Below are positions 8,771 through 16,370 of a DNA stretch of 36,616 nt, one piece after another (positions within the stretch are counted from its first letter, which is position 1; every line of letters begins with the position of its first letter). Both the position numbers and the translations under genes were made by a program. Source of the DNA: Candidatus Parvarchaeota archaeon (GTDB taxonomy: Archaea > Nanobdellota > Nanobdellia > Parvarchaeales > Parvarchaeaceae); assembly GCA_027366075.1 (NCBI GenBank), contig DAHXLI010000028.1, positions 1-36,616 of the forward strand, given 5' to 3'. The notes beneath the pieces are model-generated. The model was not told the DNA's origin and made no database searches. It was given only the letters and a program-made list of their open reading frames with translations.

Positions 8771-10486
8771 ATGAATATAACCGAGATTGTAAGATACCAA
8801 AAAATGATAGCCGCAGCCAGTCCAAAAGTCGCAAAAAGCTGGGTAGACGAACTAAAGACAAGGGCGTGCGGACTTAATACCCGTTATCGCGGATCGATAT
8901 CTGAGTTAAAATACGCCAATAAAATCTATAAACCTGACATAAACCTACTTGGAAACCAAAATGGCTTTTTTCTTTCGATCGATATAGAAAACGCATATCA
9001 ATTCCAGTCAGAATATAATGGGGTACATCAGGAATTAAAGGCACTTGGTTATGCCGAAAATCTAAAAACGGCCGAATCAGTAGATCCCGCGGCTCTTTCT
9101 AACCTCATGACGATGGCCTTTGAGAAAAGAAAAGCGCTTGAAGATAGGGCGATGCAACTCTTAGGAAGCGTTAACACGGTTGTAAAATCGATAATATCCA
9201 TAACGTACGAGTTAAAAGAGTTGGACAGGAATTATTCTTTTTATAAACTGGCAGAATCAAGCGACCTCCAAAAGAAGGCGGCCTCAGAACTTGCCTTAAA
9301 AAGGATCTTTATCGATAATGTAGATGCAAGGAAAGGGGGTGCAAGCTTAAGCGCGTTATCAAGGGCGCCAACGCAGGGGCAAGGTGGCGCAGGCTTTATA
9401 GATTTAATATCCGTCTTCTATTCCGTAAAGAGTCTAAAAGACACAGAAGCCCTGCAGAGAAATGAACAGTATAAGAATATAATAAAGAACAGGTACGTAG
9501 AATACGAAGAGTGGAAAAAAATAAACAAGGCGGACCTCAGCAACAGGAGAGAAATGCTCCTCCAATATCTAAAGAGCCAGGCCGCGGCATATGAGATGTA
9601 TAAAAATTGGGCCGTAGAATCATTAAGCATTTTAAATAGGATAAACATGAAAGGCGTTACAAACGCTAGCGATTACATGAATGCCGCTAAAAGACCGGAC
9701 ATAATGGAAACGTCAGAATTTTCGGTGGAAGTAATGGCAGCAAAATCGATGTATGTGCGAGAATATGAAGTGGAATATCAAAGGGCATTTGGAACAAAGG
9801 GACCAGAACTGCCATCTAAAGTAACTCCATTAGGTAAGCTCCTTACAGAGGGACCAAAAGAGGGGAGTAGGTCGTTCTTACATACCAGTTTGAGAAAACA
9901 TGGCCCAAAAGTCGTTGCAGCGTTAGAGGCATCGTTCAGCTTCACAGAGAAGCAGTTCTTTCCTAAAGGCGTTCCTCAAGACAGGGCGCAATACATGGGC
10001 ACACTGGGTATTAAAATAAAACCTTATTGCTTTACGCTTGATGAATGGTATCTTTTCAAGAAAGCTTTAGAAACCTACATAAACAAGACCGTTTTCCAAA
10101 ACCTAGACCAAGTATCAGTATCTTCGCTGAACGTGATAAAGAAGGATCTCGATAAATACATTGCAGAGGCTGAAAAGAAAGACGAAAAAGAAAAGCCAAA
10201 ATCAAATTACGCGCTTTTCGATATCTATCAAGCTTTCAAGGACGATCTTGTTGGCATAAACAAATCCATGTCTTTCGTCGCAGGCGCAGGCGAAAAAAGA
10301 GCGTTTGACCCAAATATTTATGAAATAGAGGTAAGTCATAGGATGTTCAACAGGTTCAGAACCAAAGATGCGGTAGCAGTGGGTCTTTTTAGATCAAATG
10401 CGGATGCTTCATTGATATATGAAGAATTCAAAAGAAGAAAAAAATTATTGAATCCACTTTCAACATTTGATAACCAGTTGTTTTGA
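8771..10486 (+). CDS. hypothetical 571-aa soluble, largely helical/coiled-coil protein (no recognisable family)
   Basis: Long uninterrupted ORF with its own TATA element. It has no TM segment, no Walker motif and no signal peptide. Confidence 0.7.
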   Translation: MNITEIVRYQKMIAAASPKVAKSWVDELKTRACGLNTRYRGSISELKYANKIYKPDINLLGNQNGFFLSIDIENAYQFQSEYNGVHQELKALGYAENLKTAESVDPAALSNLMTMAFEKRKALEDRAMQLLGSVNTVVKSIISITYELKELDRNYSFYKLAESSDLQKKAASELALKRIFIDNVDARKGGASLSALSRAPTQGQGGAGFIDLISVFYSVKSLKDTEALQRNEQYKNIIKNRYVEYEEWKKINKADLSNRREMLLQYLKSQAAAYEMYKNWAVESLSILNRINMKGVTNASDYMNAAKRPDIMETSEFSVEVMAAKSMYVREYEVEYQRAFGTKGPELPSKVTPLGKLLTEGPKEGSRSFLHTSLRKHGPKVVAALEASFSFTEKQFFPKGVPQDRAQYMGTLGIKIKPYCFTLDEWYLFKKALETYINKTVFQNLDQVSVSSLNVIKKDLDKYIAEAEKKDEKEKPKSNYALFDIYQAFKDDLVGINKSMSFVAGAGEKRAFDPNIYEIEVSHRMFNRFRTKDAVAVGLFRSNADASLIYEEFKRRKKLLNPLSTFDNQLF

Positions 10487-10489
10487 CCT

Positions 10490-10663
10490 ATGGCGAATAG
10501 AAAAGGAGAGATGCCAATAACAGAGATCATAGCGATAGTCATTGCGATAATAGTGCTTCTTATCGGGGTAGTAATAGCACTTTATTTCAGTAGCGGGGGG
10601 TCAAGCCTTGGGGATTCAATATTCAAAACCCTTTCCTTTAGCTGGCTTTTCGGCAATGGATAA
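10490..10663 (+). CDS. 57-aa single-TM mini-protein with a class III-like N-terminus (mini-1)
   Basis: Not in the ORF track. The ATG lies 3 nt after the stop of the 571-aa gene. Sequence: MANRKGEMPITEIIAIVIAIIVLLIGVVIALYFSSGGSSLGDSIFKTLSFSWLFGNG. Confidence 0.55.
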   Translation: MANRKGEMPITEIIAIVIAIIVLLIGVVIALYFSSGGSSLGDSIFKTLSFSWLFGNG

Positions 10664-10829
10664 AAAAGCATCGATTCAAAGTAGCACATTCCTTTACATA
10701 ATCCTTCTGATAATAGTGATTTTACTGATAATAATCTTCCTAGAATTTTTCTCGCCGTATAAAATAACGAACCTTTTCGATTCGTTTATAAATTCAGGGA
10801 ATAATATAAACGGTAACAATTATGCTTAA
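10656..10829 (+). CDS. 57-aa single-TM mini-protein (mini-2)
   Basis: ATG 10656 overlaps the mini-1 stop by 8 nt (ATGGATAA). Sequence: MDKKASIQSSTFLYIILLIIVILLIIIFLEFFSPYKITNLFDSFINSGNNINGNNYA. The track start 10608 is probably an upstream extension. Confidence 0.5.
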   Translation: MDKKASIQSSTFLYIILLIIVILLIIIFLEFFSPYKITNLFDSFINSGNNINGNNYA

Positions 10830-10965
10830 TAAAAAAGGAGTTACTGATTATATCTTGCTTCTCATAATCATAATAGTAATATCGGTAGTGCTCGTGATAT
10901 TTTATTTGGTGGTGTACGGAAGCGCACCCGGCATATTCCCAAAGATTCCAAACCCATTCGGATAA
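10822..10965 (+). CDS. 47-aa single-TM mini-protein with a class III-like N-terminus (mini-3)
   Basis: Not in the ORF track. The ATG overlaps the mini-2 stop by 8 nt (ATGCTTAA). Sequence: MLNKKGVTDYILLLIIIIVISVVLVIFYLVVYGSAPGIFPKIPNPFG. Confidence 0.55.
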   Translation: MLNKKGVTDYILLLIIIIVISVVLVIFYLVVYGSAPGIFPKIPNPFG

Positions 10966-10969
10966 CGAT

Positions 10970-11158
10970 ATGTCAAGACTTAATAAAAAGGGGATTACCG
11001 AGGCAACGATATACTATATAATAGCAATAGCGCTGGGCATAACCGTTGTGGTAGTTTACATACTATTGGTAGGGCCGGGTACGATAGTAACCTACATATC
11101 CAACTTTTTCGGAGGGTTCTTGCACCTGGTTACCGGCGGATTAAGCACTAACGGTTGA
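10970..11158 (+). CDS. 62-aa single-TM mini-protein with a class III-like N-terminus (mini-4)
   Basis: Sequence: MSRLNKKGITEATIYYIIAIALGITVVVVYILLVGPGTIVTYISNFFGGFLHLVTGGLSTNG. It starts 4 nt after the mini-3 stop. Confidence 0.6.
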   Translation: MSRLNKKGITEATIYYIIAIALGITVVVVYILLVGPGTIVTYISNFFGGFLHLVTGGLSTNG

Positions 11159-11206
11159 AATAAAATATAATAAACTTATATTCAGTGAATAAGATAATAA
11201 TTAGAT

Positions 11207-11776
11207 ATGATAACTTACAGCGAGTTCACCCGCATAAGGAGACTGGAGCAGGAAGAGAGGACGCTTACAAAATTGACTAACGAAACCATTGAAGAGATGA
11301 AAGAGTATATCGCGATCAATAAAAAATCTCTAGAAGAAGCAAAGAAAATGGACGACCAGAAGAGGGCCGAGGAAATATCTACCCAGATAAAGAATGCTAT
11401 AAACGCGTTTGACCAGATAATAACGGCTAGGATGGGAAAAATTGCGACGATGACTATACAAGGAACTAATCTAGATCAGGCAAGGAGCAACCTTACCTCT
11501 GAGGAACTTATACTCTTTGACAACATGCTGAAGCTGGTCAACGAGCACAAGGGTAAACTGGTAAGGGAAATAAAAGAAATCCCACCAAGAGAGCTACAAA
11601 AGATAGAGCCAGAAGAGAATACAAATAAGATAGTAATAAAGATAACAGCAGATGTCCCCCGGTTTGTGTGGAAAAATAATAAGACCTACGGGCCTTTCTC
11701 TTTTCCAAACGTAATAGAGATAGACAGAGACGTAGCTAACATCCTTATAAAGGGCGGAAAAGCAATAGGTGTCTGA
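11207..11776 (+). CDS. GINS complex subunit, Gins51 (Gins15)-like
   Basis: The helical N-terminal domain begins ITYSEFTRIRRLEQEERTLTKL..IEEMKEYI. The C-terminal IVIKITADVPRFVWKNNKTYGPFSFPNVIEIDRDVANILIKGGKA matches the archaeal Gins51 B-domain pattern. Its stop overlaps the hef start (TGATG). Confidence 0.65.
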   Translation: MITYSEFTRIRRLEQEERTLTKLTNETIEEMKEYIAINKKSLEEAKKMDDQKRAEEISTQIKNAINAFDQIITARMGKIATMTIQGTNLDQARSNLTSEELILFDNMLKLVNEHKGKLVREIKEIPPRELQKIEPEENTNKIVIKITADVPRFVWKNNKTYGPFSFPNVIEIDRDVANILIKGGKAIGV

Positions 11777-13230
11777 TGTCCATCAGAAAAGGAAAAATAG
11801 AAGAGCGAGAGTATCAAAAAAACATCTTTGAAAATGCGAAGAATTCCAACACGCTCGTCGTTCTTCCCACCGGTCTAGGTAAAACTGTAATAAGCGTGTT
11901 AGTAGTAGATTACAGATTAAGCAAGTACAAAGATTCTATGGCACTTTTTTTGGCGCCCACAAAACCGCTAGTAAGCCAACATTATAAGACGTTCTCGGCT
12001 TTAATGGACGTTAAGCTTGGTATGACGAGTGGCGAGACTAAAAAAGCCGACAGGCAAAACGTATACGAAACGTCCAGGTTGATTTTTGCGACGCCGCAGA
12101 CCGTGGAAAATGACATAGAGAACGGAAATATAGATTTTTCAGATTTTAGCCTGCTTATAGTAGATGAGGCACATCACACGGTTGGAAATTACGCTTATGT
12201 AAAGATAGCAAAGGAATACATGATGAAATCGGCACACCCGCTTATACTCGGCTTGACCGCGTCTCCAGCTTCGGATCAGGAAAAAATAAATCTAATCTGT
12301 AGAAACCTAAGCATAGCCAACGTCGAGATAAGAGGAGAAGACGACCCAGACGTGGCGCCGTATGTAAAGTCAAAAACCATAGAAGAAATAAGGCTGGAAT
12401 TGCCCAATGAAATCTTGGAGATAATCTCTTATCTAAAGATATTCATACAAGAGCAGGTAGTCGCGCTTCAGCATGTAGGGTTGCTAAAAGACGCCGCGCT
12501 TAACAGGATAAATCGAAGGACAATACTTATGCTCCAGAAAAGTTTACAAGCGCGAATGTTCTCCGGGAATAGAAATTTCTACACAATAAGGGGCATAATA
12601 ATAACGTCAAAACTTTTGAAATTATACCACGCACTGAACCTTATCTCTACCCAGAGCGTAGGAGCTTTCAATAGATTCATCCAAAAAATAATAAATGAAG
12701 GCACGTCAAAGACGGATAAAGAGCTGGCAAAGGCGGAACAGATAAGATGGCTATTCGAAAAATCACAGAAGATATTAGATAGCGGAGTGGAGCACCCAAA
12801 GCTGAAAGAGCTAAGCAAGATACTTTCCGATTCTTTTTCTTCGGAGCAGAAAGCCATAATATTCACGCAATACAGGGACACCGTAGATGTCATATACGAC
12901 ACCGTACGGCGCAATGAAGGCGTAAGACCTGTCAAATTCATAGGACAGGGAAAGAGCGGCCTTTCTCAGAAGAAACAGATTGAAATAATAAAAGACTTTG
13001 AGGCAGGGGTTTACAATGTGCTCGTTTCGACTAGTGTAAGCGAGGAGGGGATGTCGATAAAGGGCGCGGACCTGGCAATATTTTATGAGACAGTGCCGAG
13101 CGGAATAAGGTCGATACAGCGAAGAGGCCGCGTAGGCAGGTTTAACGCGGGAAAGATATTCATACTTATAACAGAAGGTACAAACGATGAAGGATATTAT
13201 TGGGTGTCAAAAGAAAAGAGAGTAAGATGA
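11776..13230 (+). CDS. hef: Hef/FANCM-type SF2 helicase (helicase part only; probable frameshifted C-terminal tail to 13304)
   Basis: REYQKNIF..TLVVLPTGLGKT (motif I), IVDEAHHTVGNYAY (motif II), GLTASP, VLVSTSVSEEGM, PSGIRSIQRRGRVGR (motif VI), then EGYYW. Confidence 0.9.
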   Translation: MSIRKGKIEEREYQKNIFENAKNSNTLVVLPTGLGKTVISVLVVDYRLSKYKDSMALFLAPTKPLVSQHYKTFSALMDVKLGMTSGETKKADRQNVYETSRLIFATPQTVENDIENGNIDFSDFSLLIVDEAHHTVGNYAYVKIAKEYMMKSAHPLILGLTASPASDQEKINLICRNLSIANVEIRGEDDPDVAPYVKSKTIEEIRLELPNEILEIISYLKIFIQEQVVALQHVGLLKDAALNRINRRTILMLQKSLQARMFSGNRNFYTIRGIIITSKLLKLYHALNLISTQSVGAFNRFIQKIINEGTSKTDKELAKAEQIRWLFEKSQKILDSGVEHPKLKELSKILSDSFSSEQKAIIFTQYRDTVDVIYDTVRRNEGVRPVKFIGQGKSGLSQKKQIEIIKDFEAGVYNVLVSTSVSEEGMSIKGADLAIFYETVPSGIRSIQRRGRVGRFNAGKIFILITEGTNDEGYYWVSKEKRVR

Positions 13231-13305
13231 AAAAACTTATAAAAAATATAAAAGCTAACCCGAATACCCTGAAAAATGACGGTACTTTAAACCCGTTTGT
13301 TTGAT

Positions 13306-13776
13306 TTAGCCGCACGGAAGAAGAATGTCTGATGCGCCACCGGGAGAATAAAAGAAACCGTCTATGGCGGTGTTAGAACCGCTAGTGTTGCAGGTGTATA
13401 AGTAATATTTTTGAGTACTCCCTTTCGTTACAGTTATATTGGTATTGATGTCGCTTTCTCCAGCCACATAACTTTGTATTTTTCCAGTTATGTTACTATA
13501 CAAGGTATAAGTCAGCCCCGGGCTCCCATCTGACACGTATAACTCGTATGTGCACGATGCGCTGGAACTTGTAGTAAAATTATTTATTAAGGTCAGGCCG
13601 CAAACGGCTGGCTGCGTATTGAGCTTTGGCACAGTTTTTCCCAAGTCAAAAAGGGAAAAATGAAACACGTTGCTTAAAATTACGAATGCTATCACTAAGA
13701 AAGACACTAATATTATTATCACTGCCACTTTCTCTACCGATGAACTCCCCTTTTTGTTTAAGACGTTACTGCGCAT
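13306..13776 (-). CDS. class III signal peptide (pilin-like) protein, last gene of the Cys-rich operon
   Basis: MRSNVLNKKG-SSSVEKVAVIIILVSFLVIAFVIL (E at +5 if cleaved after G). 4 Cys and several N-x-S/T sequons. It overlaps the upstream gene by 19 nt. Confidence 0.7.
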   Translation of the reverse strand: MRSNVLNKKGSSSVEKVAVIIILVSFLVIAFVILSNVFHFSLFDLGKTVPKLNTQPAVCGLTLINNFTTSSSASCTYELYVSDGSPGLTYTLYSNITGKIQSYVAGESDINTNITVTKGSTQKYYLYTCNTSGSNTAIDGFFYSPGGASDILLPCG

Positions 13777-15245
13777 ACATACATCTGATTTCTCCCTAAA
13801 AGATTAGGTGCTGTTCCAGCTAGCTGGCTGAAGTAATCTTCAAGGGAAGTCACGCACCCCTGCAACCCACTCGTAGTGTAGAGAGCAGTTGTAATAGCCT
13901 TTGTGGCCGAAGTGTCTACATATTGGTTGCAAAGCGTGTTACTTTGGCACCGGCCGTAAAGATACCCCACCGCCCCGGCCCCAGCTAATGTAACTATACT
14001 AGGATTACCAGTTAAGGCAGGAGTGCCTATTGCAGCGCCGTAAACCGCTAACGCTTCTGAACATTGGTACTCTATCCCCGTGGTCGGGTAATTGTTAAGC
14101 CAAGTTTGTTGAAAACATTCTGGTGGCATGGAGACGGTAGCGGGAGGAAGCGCGCTATTAGCGAAACTATTCAGATAAACGACGTACAGCTCCGCGTTGT
14201 TTATGCTAATATTCGAATATACACCGACATTTTCCGACTGTCCGCTAGTCTTATTTTTGTAACTGTACAGGAGATTTACGCCCGGCGCAAGATAATCAAA
14301 GTAGGAAACATTAACGACAGAGTTGTTATTTACAGGTTCGGTGAGAGTACACAGGTTAGGTGGCCTATAATCGCCGGTATTCGAATCGTATTGGACCGTG
14401 CAGTTTGTATAACCATACGGAGTCTGCGCACAAAAGTCATTAAAAGTCTGTGTACAGCTACCGACTTGGCCTGTCGAATTAGTGCAGCTAAGAGTGGCTT
14501 TGTTAAAGTAGCATCCCTGTGTAGGGTCACAAAGATACGCTGAAAGGTTATTTGCTGCGGTCGTCACAGCCGTGGTGCTGTTGAGAAATATATTTTGTAG
14601 GGCGTATCCAGCGCCCGTAGGGTTATAGCCTTGTTGGTATTCGCAGCTGAAGTAATCGTACGAAGGCGCAGTGCACTGGGTCGGAGTAGTCGTATCGCAG
14701 GAAAAGCCGTCTGGATTTGCAGCACTTTGATAATTAGCGCACGACTGTTCCGCGGTATGGTTTAGGCAACTTATCTGCTGTGACAAAGCGACGCTTTTTA
14801 GATACTGCGTAAGGTTGTAGAAGGTAAGATTTTTTTGATTGCCGAATGAAACGCCTATGACACTGCAAAGCGCTGGAGAATTATAGAGCACATCTAGGCC
14901 GGAATTCGCGCCGTACTGGTACCAGCAGGTACCGAGCGCATCGGCTACGCCGCTAAAAAGTTGACCTGTAGTAGAACTTGAGGTGTAAGTCTGCGTAGCC
15001 GGCGAGCAGCCTATCAAAGGTGGCGCGCCTACTAACGCCTGTATCGTAGTGGATATACAAAAGAATTTGCTTATACAAAGGTCGTTATAAAAGAAATTTG
15101 TGACCTGAGAACTGCCGTAACATGAAGTAGCGTTCGTAAATCCAAAACCGAAAAGCAGGAAATATGCGAAAACAAGCACTATCACAAAGATAAAGATGAC
15201 GAAAAGTATTATAAATACAAAATTCTCACCCGCGGTCTCAGCCAT
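13758..15245 (-). CDS. N-terminally anchored, cysteine-rich (24 Cys), sequon-dense extracytoplasmic protein; family unknown
   Basis: MAETAGENFVFIILFVIFIFVIVLVFAYFLLF is followed by a Cys/Asn/Thr/Ser/Tyr/Gly-rich body with many N-x-S/T sequons. Its N-terminal domain looks paralogous to that of 15282..16211. Confidence 0.75.
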   Translation of the reverse strand: MAETAGENFVFIILFVIFIFVIVLVFAYFLLFGFGFTNATSCYGSSQVTNFFYNDLCISKFFCISTTIQALVGAPPLIGCSPATQTYTSSSTTGQLFSGVADALGTCWYQYGANSGLDVLYNSPALCSVIGVSFGNQKNLTFYNLTQYLKSVALSQQISCLNHTAEQSCANYQSAANPDGFSCDTTTPTQCTAPSYDYFSCEYQQGYNPTGAGYALQNIFLNSTTAVTTAANNLSAYLCDPTQGCYFNKATLSCTNSTGQVGSCTQTFNDFCAQTPYGYTNCTVQYDSNTGDYRPPNLCTLTEPVNNNSVVNVSYFDYLAPGVNLLYSYKNKTSGQSENVGVYSNISINNAELYVVYLNSFANSALPPATVSMPPECFQQTWLNNYPTTGIEYQCSEALAVYGAAIGTPALTGNPSIVTLAGAGAVGYLYGRCQSNTLCNQYVDTSATKAITTALYTTSGLQGCVTSLEDYFSQLAGTAPNLLGRNQMYVCAVTS

Positions 15246-15281
15246 ACAGATTTTAAACGCTATTTAATATAAATAATGCTT

Positions 15282-16211
15282 TTAAACAGCCGTACTATTT
15301 GTTATGCATACAAATGCGCGGTCTTGGCTTAGGACCATTGTATTAAGCAATTTACCGCAGAAAGCAATTACAAAGTTCCCGCATGCGCCTATTACATTAT
15401 CTTCAGAGTTATACGTAAGTGATCTTGGGTTGCTCAAAGAGCTTATTGGCAAGTTTATAGCGCCCAGTTTCTGGTCCGTTGAATTATCATAATTGCAGGC
15501 GTTACCTACGTCTGGTTGGTTGAATTTTGACACATAGTCACATTGAGTATTAAAATTTAGGGTGCAATCGGTGCCGGAAAGCCCGCCCGAGGGATAACCG
15601 AAATAGTATATGACATAAGTGGAGCCGTTTAATACTTCTTCGGCAGGGTTCGTGTAATTCGCAAGCCCCCCCGTACCATTTGTTATAAAAGTTATCTGCA
15701 GAGGGCTTCCGGTATTCTGATAATTATTGTCTATATAATCTATGAGTTGGTTGTAAGTCGTGATCCCACTCCCGGCCCCACTATTAAGTATCTTGCCGGT
15801 ATAGCACTCGAATAGTTGGTTTAATCCAGAACTTACTATCGACGTGCCGGTATTGGCATTGGAACCCTGGAATAGATTGAAACAAGAAGCCGCCTTTGTA
15901 TAGAGTTGTTCAGCCAATGACGATGTATCCTGCGCGTTGACGTTGGAATTCTGGGTGCACGCGCCCTGGATCTGAGAAGCAGCGACTGGGTTGTTTACAT
16001 ATGACTGGCCCACCAGGGGTGCGACAAGGAAAGAGACCGGGAACAAAAATGTATCTACTACGTTGTATTCCACGAATGAAAAATAACATTTCGCGCCGAA
16101 ATCGGTAGCGCCTATCGAGGTCGCAAAGGATATGCTAAAAACGAAAAGCACTACGCCACCTATAACTATTATTATCAACGAGATAATCACCAAAAGTACG
16201 CCTTGTTCCAT
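15282..16211 (-). CDS. N-terminally anchored, cysteine-rich (10 Cys) extracytoplasmic protein; paralogue of 13758..15245
   Basis: MEQGVLLVIISLIIIVIGGVVLFVF is followed by ..AKCYFS..LVAPLVGQ..SCFNLFQGSNANTG.., compared with ..TSCYGS..ALVGAP..TCWYQYGANSG.. in the 495-aa protein. Confidence 0.75.
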   Translation of the reverse strand: MEQGVLLVIISLIIIVIGGVVLFVFSISFATSIGATDFGAKCYFSFVEYNVVDTFLFPVSFLVAPLVGQSYVNNPVAASQIQGACTQNSNVNAQDTSSLAEQLYTKAASCFNLFQGSNANTGTSIVSSGLNQLFECYTGKILNSGAGSGITTYNQLIDYIDNNYQNTGSPLQITFITNGTGGLANYTNPAEEVLNGSTYVIYYFGYPSGGLSGTDCTLNFNTQCDYVSKFNQPDVGNACNYDNSTDQKLGAINLPISSLSNPRSLTYNSEDNVIGACGNFVIAFCGKLLNTMVLSQDRAFVCITNSTAV

Positions 16212-16369
16212 TAAAGACCGCCGAACAAGCCCGAAAAGAAATTAAAAGGCGAACCGCTGTTTGAACTCGCATAATATAAAATCAATATTATAAGTATCGC
16301 TACTATTGCTGTAGCCATCACTATAATCATCCATATTATTCTCCATTCTACGCTTCCTTTAGTGTTCAT
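16211..16369 (-). CDS. 52-aa single-TM mini-protein (same family as 10490..11158)
   Basis: Not in the ORF track. Sequence: MNTKGSVEWRIIWMIIVMATAIVAILIILILYYASSNSGSPFNFFSGLFGGL. Its ATG lies 1 nt after the upstream stop, and its TAA overlaps the next ATG (TAATG at 16209-16213). Confidence 0.5.
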   Translation of the reverse strand: MNTKGSVEWRIIWMIIVMATAIVAILIILILYYASSNSGSPFNFFSGLFGGL

Positions 16370-16370
16370 A

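Noticed and set aside
14064-14543. A plus-strand 159-aa ORF and a minus-strand 66-aa ORF inside the 495-aa Cys-rich gene. There are similar shadow ORFs at 15304..15492 and 16381..16790.
   Set aside because: They overlap a much longer ORF that has coherent anchor, Cys and sequon features and operon coupling. The shadow translations are Arg/Ile-rich with no structure.
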